A DNA stretch of 63,536 nt, filler included, from Reclinomonas americana ATCC 50394 (GCA_048213135.1; 47 parts of 47 records of this genome joined end to end with filler, not necessarily neighbours in it), one strand, 5' to 3'. Positions 50,062 through 61,990 are shown, numbered from the whole stretch's first letter. Notes: generated by a model from the sequence alone, not told the origin. Program-made: numbers and translations.

Positions 50062-51514
50062 NNNNNNNNNNNNNNNNNNNNNNNNNNNNNNNNNNNNNNN
50101 NNNNNTTAATTAATTAANNNNNNNNNNNNNNNNNNNNNNNNNNNNNNNNNNNNNNNNNNNNCGCTGCAAAGTATATGATACAGAACACCTCTGAGACCGA
50201 AACTCCTGCGACAGCAGTGTTGGTGACGATGCAGGCTGCGAGTAGTACATCAAAGCAAGCGATGACATATGTCTGACTCTGTTCTGTAAGAAGAGGCCGC
50301 TCACCAACGCATACACTGGCGAACAAGGCGCTGCTCAGAAGAACACTAAACTTGCATGCAACTCTTCTTCCCCTTCTTCGTCTTCTTCTCACACCTCTCG
50401 TTCTCTCAACCTGGATCAAGCAGTGGGTGTTGTGCGCCGTATGAAGTGGCGCGTTGCTCCGAGAATACGACAGTGGAGACGTGTCTCTCGAAGGTGCTCC
50501 AGGGCCCTCAAAACTATGAATCTGAGAAGAGTACTCGTGACTGACTCCTCCTCCTTCTTCTCCTCCTGCTTCGTCAGCAGTCTCTCGCTCCTTCTCTCTC
50601 TCTCTCACTCAAGAGCCCTCAGAAACTGATGTCGTCCCTGTTTCTCAAAGATAAGATGAGAACTCGTGACTGACTCTTGCCTTCTTCTTCTCCTCCTCCT
50701 GCTTCGTCTGCAGTCTCCCTCTCTCTCTCTCTCACTGAGTGGGCGATCTGGAGCCATCGAAAGATGCTGTCCAAGTCCACTGCGAGAAGTCGTATCTCCC
50801 TCCTCACTCCCTCGTTCCCACCCACAGCAGCACCATCATGACCGACAAGATACAACAGAGGGGGTGTCAAGTGGTACAATCACACATGCATATGCGTGTG
50901 TGTGTATGTCTGTGTGTCTGCAGAGAGGGCATTCCTCAGAAGCCCATCTCCTCAAGCAGGAACATGTCGAGCCATGGGTTGGGCGCTGGCGCCGGGGCCG
51001 GCGGCGGTGCCTCCTCAGTCACCTGTTCCCCGCAATCGCTTAACAAACAAACAAAGTGACAGCTGGGAGAGAAGAGAGGAGGAGGAGGGGGAGGAGGAGG
51101 AGGAGGAGGAGGAGAAGAAGAAGAAGAAGAAGAAGAACAAGAACAAGAACAAGAAGAAGGAGAGGAGAGAGAGGGAGAGAGAGTGAAGGGAAAGGGAAGA
51201 CAGGAAGAGGGAAGGGAAGACAGAAAGAGAGACGCAGGTATGAAAGAGAAAGACAGATCACGTGCGTGCACATACCGTGGTGTTGATGTTAGTGCCCTCG
51301 CACTGAATGTCGGGAAGAACCATCGCGCACAAGAGATGAACGAGGACGAAGGAGCGAGCGCTGCGAGCTCTGTCTTCTGTCCATCTCAAGAAAATCTTCT
51401 CGCACGCACANNNNNNNNNNNNNNNNNNNNNNNNNNNNNNNNNNNNNNNNNNNNTTAATTAATTAANNNNNNNNNNNNNNNNNNNNNNNNNNNNNNNNNN
51501 NNNNNNNNNNGGGC

Positions 51515-51690
51515 GTGGCAATGCGACCTTGCGGAAAACACACTCAATGAGCAAAGGGAGTGTGCACGAAGAAAGCATCATTCGCGCAAGTCTTACCTGC
51601 GACTGCGACTGCCACTCTACTGCAGAGAAGAGGCCCGCCGCGCACCGATCGAGAGCGGAGTCGTGCGCACAGTGTGACGCACAGCACGAC
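51515..51690 (-). ncRNA. Candidate omegaRNA scaffold downstream of the Fanzor2-like gene
   Basis: Nested complementary arms: GTGGCAGT/ATTGCCAC enclosing GACTTGCG/CGCAAGGTC, GCGAA/TTCGT and GCACACTC/GAGTGTGT; plus a separate GTCGTGC/GCACGAC hairpin. Confidence 0.45.
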
Positions 51691-51739
51691 CATAGCCATA
51701 GTCCACCTGCACTACAGCACCCGCGCGCCCTCCTCGAGC

Positions 51740-52759
51740 TCACCCGTCCTCATCCACCTCGTCCGTCTCCATCTCATCCGTCTCCGAATCCGCTCGCGGC
51801 AACTGAGATGATGGCTTGCGTCGCTTGCGTGCACGTTCATCGTCGACGAGCAAGTGTGATCCGTCACGAAGGTGCTTTCCACTGCGGCGACGTGGCGCTG
51901 GTTCCGCCGGGGGTGCTGCCGGGGGTGGGGGCGGTGGTGGTGGTGACAGCAACCAACCAGCGGGCGCAGGTGGGCTGCGTGGATCGCACCGTACGCAGTG
52001 AGATGACAACTGCGACACATGTAGACTCAGCTGGCCAGTGCGCACGTGCGTGTACTTACCCGACCAATTGCACGGCGCCACTGCTGCGTGGAAAAGGTAA
52101 TGCCACGTGCACTGCTCCTCCTCGCGGTGCTTCTGTTTTCGGCAGCGGTTCCTCAATCGCGAGCGCGATGCAGCAGATGTTCTTGGCTGCTGACCCGTCA
52201 CGCGAAACTGGCACGTTGTGAAGCCTGCAGCGTGTGTTCCCACACCTCAAAACCTTGCGGGTGCCAGGAGCCGGATTAAATGGTTTGCCGCAAGAACAGT
52301 AGCGAGTCGTGAATCCCTCGGTGGGTTGGACAAAGATGATGGGCCGCAATCCGAGGAGAGCGCGCCTTGCGTTGGCCTTGTCGATCTACACGAGACGAAG
52401 AGTGAGTGCTGGGGTGGGACACTTCACACAAAGAGAGAGACAGAGAGAGACACGCACCGCGCGCTTCAGCCTGGTTACAAACTGACCGTGCCCATCGCCG
52501 AGCATAGATCGCGTCGTGGATGACAAGATGACGCGGCGTTTTGTCTCGCTCGTGCCGTTGGCGTAGTCTCGCTGAGTCCAGCGCGCTGCCATGCTGCTCA
52601 CCGATTGACTGAACATGGGGATGATGAGCGTCGTAAACAACGCAATCAGGCTGCACGCGTGACAGTGAATCACAAGGAGACGCACGCGTGCACACCAGCC
52701 AACCGCCACGCCCGCAACTAGTGAATCACAGAGATGTGGAAACTGGTGCGGATGCGCGC
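51740..52759 (-). CDS. Fanzor2 (IS607-type TnpB-like) RuvC nuclease, C-terminal half; exons 52759-52719, 52650-52458, 52385-52060, 51974-51740
   Basis: Spliced product: FHISVIHYLIALFTTLIIPMF...RRVILSSTTRSMLGDGHGQFVTRLKRA...EGFTTRYCSCG...RKVLRCGNTRC...VSRDGSAAKNI; three phase-consistent GT-AG introns. Confidence 0.85.
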
Positions 52760-52859
52760 NNNNNNNNNNNNNNNNNNNNNNNNNNNNNNNNNNNNNNNNN
52801 NNNTTAATTAATTAANNNNNNNNNNNNNNNNNNNNNNNNNNNNNNNNNNNNNNNNNNNN

Positions 52860-54107
52860 ACTACCATCTTGAATATTGTATCTCCCTGTTGCATTTCTCC
52901 ACACTCCCAATTGTGTACTTGATGGCGACGATGATTCAACAACATTTAAAGCAGTACCAGAGTCATATCTTCTACAGAAACCTGTTATTAATGACCCAGA
53001 CACAAATCTAAATCTAATAAATCCTTTCCATGATGGCGCAGTAAAACCACCACCAGATGCCCATGAATACGTACCACTTGTATATGTTAATGAACCATTA
53101 CTTGGAGTCGTTCCAGCTATAGCAGTTAATATACTGTTTAATGGTTGTTTTTCTGAATCTAATTCATTAATCGCATTTTGAACAGTGACCGCTGATATAT
53201 TGCCGGCTGGAGTATTTGTTATCTGTGATGCTGTATAATCGCCATTAGCACTAGTTATATTTCCGATTCTATTAAAAACAGTCCTTACAGCATCAGTATT
53301 ATCTACTTTATCATAACCTTGAACACCATTAGATATGCACCAATCACCAACGCTAAATGATATTCCAAATTGTGTTCCGCCATTAGTGACAATCCAATAA
53401 TTACCTAGATTTGAACTTCCAGCTGTTGGTAATGCAGGGGAATCATTTTGTGCATCCCATGTTCCTTGATATTTAACATTTCCTAATAATGCATCATTCA
53501 TTTGCACTAATGGGACTTTGGCATTACTGTCTAAAGTGGCATATCCATTCGCTATTGCTTTTTGTGCTGTGACAGTATTATATATTGCGGATGTAACATT
53601 TAAAACATTTGCACCATCATCATCACTAGAACCAAGACCCAAACCAGTTATCTTATTGGTACCCATTGCAACATTTCCACTTAGTGTGCCACCTGTTAAA
53701 CTTAATTTACCATCTAATTGTGATTTATTAACTGCATCATTAGAATTTGTGCCATTTGCCAAAGATGTTATTTTAGCAGATCCCATATTTAAAACTCCAC
53801 TTAATGTGCCACCACTTAAATTTAACTTTGTATCTAATTGTGATTTATTAACTGCATCGCCACTAGAAGATCCATTACTAACATTTGATATGACATTACT
53901 ATTCATATTTAAACCATTTACACTTAATGAATCACTTATCAGAGTTGCTGAACTTCTAACACCTGTATTTGTTGACGCTCCAACGTTATAAATGAAGTTT
54001 CTAAATGAATATAACACACTTGAATTAAATGATATCTTCGCTAATGTTAAATCAGTATTCAAACAACTGCAATCAGATAATGTTATGGCGCCTCCTGTTG
54101 CTGTAAT
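52860..54107 (-). CDS. Viral fibre/tail-fibre-like protein (partial at both ends)
   Basis: AT-rich, intronless; repeats of M...KIT.L..G....DAVNKSQLD.KL.L.GGTLSG, plus NGYATLDSNAKVP, YQGTWDA, ATVQNAINEL-like motifs. Confidence 0.75.
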
Positions 54108-54207
54108 NNNNNNNNNNNNNNNNNNNNNNNNNNNNNNNNNNNNNNNNNNNNTTAATTAATTAANNNNNNNNNNNNNNNNNNNNNNNNNNNNNNNNNNNNN
54201 NNNNNNN

Positions 54208-54914
54208 ACCTTCCACAGTTGGCAAGCGCTTCTTCATGTATCTGTTCTTCCTCAGCGCCCTCCCGCTGACCATGGCGGTGGTGGGCGGCTTCTGGAACTT
54301 TGCGTCGTTCTGGAACGGTGAGTGGCATATTTTAGTCTGTGCTTTGCATTGCGGATCGTTGTTGCTCAATGCCCGTGGAAAACCGACAGACATGGACACT
54401 ATTGGGCGAGTGTACCCACTACTGCTGCCATTTGTGCTTCCGTTCGGTCAAGCCGGCGCACTGCTGGTGCGCATCACAGAAATGCATGCCCTCCTCTTCT
54501 CTCTCTCTCAAACTCTTTCTAATCATTGTGTGCGTGTCGCAGGTGGTGGAGGGCGACAGCGCCTTTGACGAAGACAAGCAGCACGGATGGGAGGACATTG
54601 ACGCCGACGAATCCGTCGACGACGACGACGTGACCGTACTGCTGGAGCACTCCAGCATGCATCCCCCGCCGGAAGTCACCGACGAAGCCGACGAGGACCC
54701 GCTGCCCTTTGCCATCGACACCGACAACGAGGACGACGAGGAAAACACCAAGCCGCCAACAGTCGACGAATGCGACGTGCAAGTCCGCGTAGTCTCCACG
54801 CCATCCCCGCCTAGAACTCAATTAGTCACCAGCACCTCTGTGACAACAACGCCCGCTGCTGCTCTCTCGTCAAGATCGCCGCCTCCGTTGTTATCTGTGA
54901 AGCTCGAAGTTTGA
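54208..54914 (+). CDS. Eukaryotic membrane protein, 3' exons with acidic tail
   Basis: TM segment FFMYLFFLSALPLTMAVVGGFW, two introns and a D/E-rich last exon. Confidence 0.45.
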
Positions 54915-55403
54915 AATCCGTTGTCGAAGTCGCAGTGTCCCATTGTTTGTCGTGTGTTTGACAGTGACGAGAGAGAGCGTGTGTCGTGCGTGCAAGCGCG
55001 GAGTAGAGTGTGTGTGTGAGAGTGTGTGTGCATTGTTGTCTGTGTGAGTGTGGGCGATCTGAGTCAGACATTGCCACGTGACGCACTTTGAGAGAGAGAG
55101 AGAGAGAGTGATGGAGGCCAACAGGTGTGTGTGTGTGTGTGTGACTTGAGAGTGTGTGTGCTGTGTGCTGTGTGTGCTGTGTGGAGAGAGTGTGTGAGTG
55201 GGAGAGAGTGGGGGGAGTGGGAGATGGCCAACTCAACTCACACGTGTGTTTGTTTGTGTGGTGGCAGAGAGGCAGCTGAGGAGTGCGCAGCGCGCGGGCG
55301 CACATTTTTGATGCGCGGTGACTTGGAGGTATGTGAAGCACTGATAACGAGAGAGACACAGTTACACAGAGAGAGAGAAAGAGAGAGTGTGTATGTGTGT
55401 GTG

Positions 55404-55441
<38 letters not shown>

Positions 55442-55555
55442 GAGACGAGACGACANNNNNNNNNNNNNNNNNNNNNNNNNNNNNNNNNNNNNNNNNNNNT
55501 TAATTAATTAANNNNNNNNNNNNNNNNNNNNNNNNNNNNNNNNNNNNNNNNNNNN

Positions 55556-56670
55556 GGTCGTGGCTGCGGCTGCTGTGGCGATTGCTGCTGCTGCGGCGGC
55601 CGAGGCGAAGAAGAGCGTGCGGTTGCCGTCGCTGCGACAGGTGGTGCAGAGTCGGTTGGAGCGCTACAAGCAGAACCCGGTGGAGTGTCGACAGTTTCTG
55701 GAGCGCGTGCAGGAGATGGAGAGTGAGCTGCGGCGGGAGCACTTGGCGCTCGGCAAGCACAACTATCCCGTGTATAACAAGCACAAGGCGTTTGAGTGGA
55801 CGGCGGATTATTGGTCGTCGCAGATGGCGGAGCGAGTTGCGTGTGCGAGGCGGCTGGCTGTCGCGCCTTTTTTTTGTGTGTGTTCTTACCCCGCATCTAC
55901 CGTGCAGGCGAGGTTACGCGATGAGCAACTGGAGGCGGCGCTGGAGCGGCGAGTGGATCACGAGACCGAGTACATGCAGTCGGTGATGCACGATGTGCAG
56001 GAGCACGAGGAGAAGCGGGAGCATGCGGTGGAGATGCAGGAGCTCATCATTTATCGGCGGCGGATGCACACGTGCACCAAGCGGTGGTTGTCGATTCTCA
56101 ACTTTCAGCGTCGTCTCGAGATGTTTGCTCTCAAGCTCAAGGTAAGCACGAGGCCTACGCAGAGGGAGAATGAGAGAGGAAGGGAGTCCTCATTCGCCGG
56201 TTGCAGAAAAACCGAATTGTGCGCACGGTGTTGCGGCGCATGATTTACGCCGTCAAGCTGTTCAAGACAGTGCTTCTCCCGACGATTCGCATGAAGCGAC
56301 GCATTCGGGAGGAACGAGCGTGGAGGATGTTGAGAAAGTGCGTAGCGTGTGGCGAGTCAGCGCTCCGTTACGCGCCCATGCTGACACCTTGTGAGCAGGA
56401 ACTATTGGCTGTTCGCCATGAACTACCGCATTCGACGCAAGCGGCGCGCCGTCAAGGCCGTTGCACCGTTCCTGGTCAATGTGGCGCGTTTGATCAAGTT
56501 TACACACTCTGTGCGATCGTTCAAGCGCCACTGTTGCGTTTTTGAGTGGGCTGGTGAATAGCTTGTCATTGAGTCCCGCTCACTTCTTACATACAGTCAA
56601 GCTGCGCAACGACTGCTTGCGTCGCTGGGTTTCGCGAGTGCGCGCACTGCAACGACTCAACGTGATCAAG
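55556..56670 (+). CDS. Eukaryotic basic/helical hypothetical protein (multi-exon fragment)
   Basis: Several coding-like exons with GT-AG boundaries; family not recognised. Confidence 0.45.
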
Positions 56671-58250
56671 GTGATGTGCGTGCTGCGGGCCATGCTCGTG
56701 CCACTCAACGACACCGTCGCCGCACCAGTCGACTGGCCCTCCGCGGCGGTGTGTGCCTATTCCTCTCCCTCTCTCTCTCTCTCCACCTACTCATTGTACC
56801 GTTNNNNNNNNNNNNNNNNNNNNNNNNNNNNNNNNNNNNNNNNNNNNTTAATTAATTAANNNNNNNNNNNNNNNNNNNNNNNNNNNNNNNNNNNNNNNNN
56901 NNNTGTGGCTCGCGCCCGAGTTGGTGCGGCGCGCGCGGGAGTTGCGCGAGGCGAATCGTGCGTTGCTGGAGACGGCGTGGACAATGTCTGCATCGGTGGT
57001 GGTGGTGGAGCCGCATCCACGCGTCGCCGATATCTTTAATGAGCTCAGTGTGCAGCAGAGACCGCCACCGGCGCTGGGTGGTGATGTGTTGTGGCGGCAC
57101 TGAATAGGGAGAGAGAGAGAGCAATTGGGGGAGTAACCCCGAACGAGTGTGCGTGTGTTCGAATCGTGGCGCCTGGCTTGTTTTTTGATGATGAGGTTAG
57201 AGGAGACGGAGAATATGCGATACTTGGTGTGGGGGGATATGTGGGGGAGAGGGAGAGTGAGAAACAATGATGCAGTGTGCGGGTCGTGTGTGTGTAGAGG
57301 ATTCACGCACTGGCTCGGCCACTGCGCACCCAATGAAAAACAGCGAATACGGAAGTGCACGGAAATAGGGAGAGTTGAAATGGGGGGAGTGAGGGAGTGG
57401 AGAAGGAGGAGAAGGGGTGGTGAATGGGGGAGGTGGGTTGGTTGGTTGAGAGAGAGAGAGTTGTGGGTGCGGACATGCAGCGTTTGTGTGCTGTCATGAA
57501 ACGCACAAAGTGGATACTGAGAGAGAAGGGAGATCCGGTTTGATGCGCAGTGGTGTTATCGAACAAGGGGAAAAGAGAGGAAGGGAAGGAAAGAAGGAAA
57601 TGTCAGACATCTTGAGTGGGTATGAGAGATAGAAACTGGTTTGGGAGGTCATATGCTTGTTTTGGTTTTCGTTGTTAGATTAATGCTTGTCATTTGGGGG
57701 GCGTACGTGGCTGCTTGCCTTCGCGTCATCTCTGCACTGCTGGCACTGGCGCCGGCCCTGCTTTCACGCAACCAGCATATCTTGCACGTTCTTTCCCTCC
57801 ACCGCCAACACTGCAGCTGTACGTAATACGACAACCACGACAACGTACAACACTGTGTCTGTGGTCAACGTCGTCTTCAACCCTCAGTCGTCGTGTTTCT
57901 CACTGTGCGGCCACAGGTCAGTGGCTGTCACAGTGTTTGAAATCACTGCTGCGACAACAATGACAACAACAACAAAAACAACAACAACAACAACAACTGC
58001 GCCCACCACCAGCCACCACCGGTATGAGCCTCACCAACAACATGACAAGCTCTCTTGTGTTTCAACCACGCCACCAACGTTCGATCGCGACACCACCACT
58101 GTCTGCTTTTGCTTTGCCTGCTTCACGGATCCGGACCCTGCTTTGCTTTGNNNNNNNNNNNNNNNNNNNNNNNNNNNNNNNNNNNNNNNNNNNNTTAATT
58201 AATTAANNNNNNNNNNNNNNNNNNNNNNNNNNNNNNNNNNNNNNNNNNNN

Positions 58251-59498
58251 GCGCTGCTCGATGGCGCGGTGCAGTGCGGCGGGCGATGCCATGGGAACGG
58301 CAGGCTCGTGGACCGTGCACCAGTCCGGGCGTTCACGCCCGGTCACATAGTCGAACTCCGGATAGCGCGCGACGGCCACATCCTCGCTCGCCTCGACCAT
58401 GGCTGCGCGGCCGCTGGAATCGTCGGAGAGCGTGTCGGGCTCGGGATGGCCGTCATCGCTCTCGCGTTGCTCGAGGCGGGCTCCCTCCGCAGGCGCCTGC
58501 ATCTCGTATGGGACCTCTGGATTGTCGTCGCCGAAATCCCAGACGCCCATGCCGTCGTCGCGATAGGCCGGCTGCACGACATAGCTCTTGGCATCGAACT
58601 GCAGCCGCATTTGGCCGATGTCATTGCCCAGCAGCCCGCCGACATGGCGGCTGAGCTGCTGGGAGCCGATGTCGACTGCGGCAGCCTCCTCGAACAGGGC
58701 CCGGCCCTTGCTCACCCAACCATGCGGATCCTCGTAGGACGGATCGAGCAGGGCCCGCGCCAGCCGCGCCATCAGCGTGATCGCAACCGGTGCACCTTCA
58801 GGACGCGCCACATGGAAGCCCCGCCAGAGCGCGAACAATCCCGGCATCTCGCACAGGGCCAGCCGCTCGACCCGCGCATCCTCGATCAGCGAAACCAGCG
58901 CGAGCTGCAGCGGCTTCAGGCCCGTGGCCGGGAATTTCTTGCGGGTAAAGCGGTGATGCGCGCCGATATGGGCCAGCGTCGCGCGATGGAGCTGTTTCTG
59001 ATCGCTCGCCGGGAAACCGGCATAGGATGGCGGCAAACGGACGCCGCCTCCGCCGAAGCCGGCGCGGCGGCGCATCGCTTCGGGCGCATCGCCCGGTGTT
59101 TCGACGATCGGCGGCGAGATGGCCCAAAGCGCGCGGAGATAGGGCTTCAGCCCGGGCAGCAAGCCCGGCAACGAAGCGGATGGATGCTGCCGTTCGAGCA
59201 GTTGGCGCGCTTCCGGGCTCTGCAGCGCAAAAAAGGCCAAGCGGTGAGCGTCATCGCGACCGAGATCGAGCCCCATGCGCGCAAAGACCGCAAGACCGGC
59301 GAAACCGAGCCTGTCGAGAACCTGCGAGCCGTTTTGCAGGAAGGCGCTCAGTATCTTCGGCGCGCGTCTAGCGATGTCGTCGACCAGTTCGAGCCAGGAT
59401 GTGAGCTCGGATGGATGACGAGCAGCCTCGGCGGCATGCAGGGCCGCATCGATCAGCAGGCAGGCCGCCCGGCGGCCGGAGCGAATCGCGACGAACGA
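58251..59498 (-). CDS. CbbO/NorD-family vWA adaptor protein, central part
   Basis: Open across the contig; LKPYLRALW, AHIGAH..F, SLIEDARVE, YRDD..W, YPEFDY..ERPDWCTVHE. Confidence 0.8.
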
Positions 59499-59771
59499 NN
59501 NNNNNNNNNNNNNNNNNNNNNNNNNNNNNNNNNNNNNNNNNNTTAATTAATTAANNNNNNNNNNNNNNNNNNNNNNNNNNNNNNNNNNNNNNNNNNNNGG
59601 CGAGACTAGACACTAGACCACATCACACATAATTGACGCGCTGTCTTCCACTCCCACCGACCGCGCCCCACATCAAACAAACATTCCTTCCACTTCTTTC
59701 GATTCAAACAACAAGGAAAAAACAACTTTCCCGCAGTCTCTTTCTCTCTTTCTCTCCCGACCGACGCTGCA

Positions 59772-60456
59772 TTATGCCTGACCAAAGCCAGCAGCGTGTT
59801 CCATGGCCATCAGCAATTTTCTCCGCATTTCCGCCTTGGACGAGTACTCGGGAAGCACCAGTTGATTGAAGCTGTGCGTCAAAAACAATTCAGCATCACT
59901 TCACAGACAGACACACGTTAGAGACGCCGCGCACTCACCATGTGTGTGCTGCATGCGGAGAGGTACGACCAGCAAAGTCAGAAACAGACAGGTTTACGCG
60001 CACAGAGCCAGCACACACATACAAACTCACCATGCGGCAGTCCGTCTCGCGGGATGTTACCACTGGAGCCGTAGATTTCAAACAGACGAATGTTGCCGGC
60101 GGTGCCTTGCAGATTCTGGAAACCACCAATCGGCACCACCGCAGTGCCGGTGGCAAACTGGGCGCACATCACGAATACAGAATATCAGCGCGCTGCCACT
60201 CGAGAAAGACACACATCAAAACATTCACCTGCAAAATCTTGGAACGCTGCGAGTTGTCGAACTCGCGAATGAGCTCCCAGAACCACTTGACGACCGTGTC
60301 GCCGCGATCAATCAGCCGGTAGTTGGTGTGTCGCTGCCAGTCGTCCACATCCACCTCCGAGATACCGCACATGATGAGCTCCAGCTCCGGAGCCGTGAAG
60401 AAGCGAATGTAGTCGAGCGGGATGACCTCATGCAGGCCGGCCACGAACGAGTCCAC
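59772..60456 (-). CDS. HECT E3 ubiquitin ligase, C-terminal exons
   Basis: FTAPELELIMCG..DVDDWQRHTNY..VKWFW..LQ-FATGT..VPIGGF..LPH-AHTC-FNQLVLPEYSS..GFG. Confidence 0.93.
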
Positions 60457-60724
60457 CTGCGGTGTACAACGCCAGAGAGAGATGTGAGGAGAGAGAGTTG
60501 GTGGATTTGCAGACAGCGAAAGCGAAACACAATCTCGTCAAGAACTGGAAGAGCGAGAACATCCACGCAGATGCACAAGACACACACACACACACACACA
60601 GAGAGAGGGAGAGAGACACACACTCACACTCTCGCACACACACAAGCCCAGAGAGAGAGAGAGGAAGAGAGACACACACACTCACACTTACAAACACACA
60701 CTCACTCACACACACATACACACA

Positions 60725-60834
<110 letters not shown>

Positions 60835-60944
60835 AGAGAGAGAGNNNNNNNNNNNNNNNNNNNNNNNNNNNNNNNNNNNNNNNNNNNNTTAATTAATTAA
60901 NNNNNNNNNNNNNNNNNNNNNNNNNNNNNNNNNNNNNNNNNNNN

Positions 60945-61298
60945 GCTTGCAGTACACAGCAATTCTTCTCTCCCCCTCTCTGTGTAAGAAAGGGAGGAAG
61001 AAAGGAGAGAGAAAGGGCAAGGTTTTCAGTGCATTCACAACAATTCTTCTCTCCCCCCTCTCTGTGTAAGAAAGGGAGGGAGAAGAAAAAAAAGGGCAGC
61101 TTGCAGTGCATACATAACAAATTCTTCTCTACCCCCTCTCTGTGTAAGAAAGGAGAGAGAAAGGGCCGAGAGAGAGAAAGGGCAAGCTTGCAGTGCATAC
61201 ACAACAATTCTTCTCCGCCCCCTCTCTGTGTGAGAAAGGGAGGGAGAGGAAAAGGGCAAGCTTGCAGTGCATACACAGCAAGTCTTTCTCTCCCTCCC
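60945..61298. repeat. Intronic minisatellite, ~75-85 nt unit, 4-5 copies
   Basis: Recurring GCTTGCAGTGCATACACAACAATTCTTCTC..CCCTCTCTGTGTAAGAAAGG. Confidence 0.85.
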
Positions 61299-61352
61299 TA
61301 TCTCTCTCTCTCTCTCTGTCTCCCCTCCTTCTCTTCATGAATGAGTGACTCA

Positions 61353-61990
61353 CCATCGGCAGCCACCACGGGGTCCGTCATGAGGGTCTTGGAGATCGGG
61401 CAGATGAAATGCGGCGGCACCTGCACGAGGTTCTCGCGGAACTTCTCCACCTCGCCCTCCAGCATGGTGATGCGCGTCTGCAGCTCAATCGACTCGCGTG
61501 CACTGAGCGACGATGGTGGTGATCTGTGAGAAGGGTCAGCGTGGAACTTGTCGGGACGGTGGTGCTTCGCTCTTGTCGCACCTGTCACACACGTCAATCG
61601 CTGCCGCTGCTGCTGCCGCGGTGGCCGAGGCGCCGGGGGTGCTGAAGGCTCCACCGCCATGTCGGTGTTGTGCGAGGAACGCCTCATGCCGCCTCTTGGC
61701 CTCGCGGGCAATGTCGTCCATGGACGGCTCACGGAGCTCCTCTGGCGTGAGATCCTGCATCAACCCTGCATGCAAAAATGTCGTTGTGTCAGCAAGCGCA
61801 TGGTGCGAGAAAGAGAAGCATTTCAGCGAGAGGTACACAACTCCTGTAGTGATCCAGCTCCTTGCGCAGCGCGGACAACTCGGTGCGCTGCTTGGCGATA
61901 ATCTTCTCGCTCGACGACAGCATGATCTTGAGCTGCTCGAGTGTGCGCTCCTGGTTCACGCGGGGTGCGTTGCGCACGTTGCGCGCTCTG
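61353..61990 (-). CDS. Coiled-coil + U-box protein (partial)
   Basis: VPPHFICPISKTLMTDPVVAADG U-box start after coiled-coil exons. Confidence 0.85.

Noticed and set aside
51511..54107. Fanzor encoded by the virus carrying the neighbouring fibre gene
   Set aside because: Separated by a linker; the Fanzor contig is GC-rich and spliced, while the fibre contig is AT-rich and intronless.
58269..59546. Long antisense ORFs (also 32842-33903, 48763-49821, 39374-40063)
   Set aside because: Shadow ORFs of high-GC bacterial genes on the opposite strand, with no motifs.
60945..61298. CRISPR array
   Set aside because: Long degenerate units with purine-rich low-complexity linkers rather than unique spacers, inside a eukaryotic intron.
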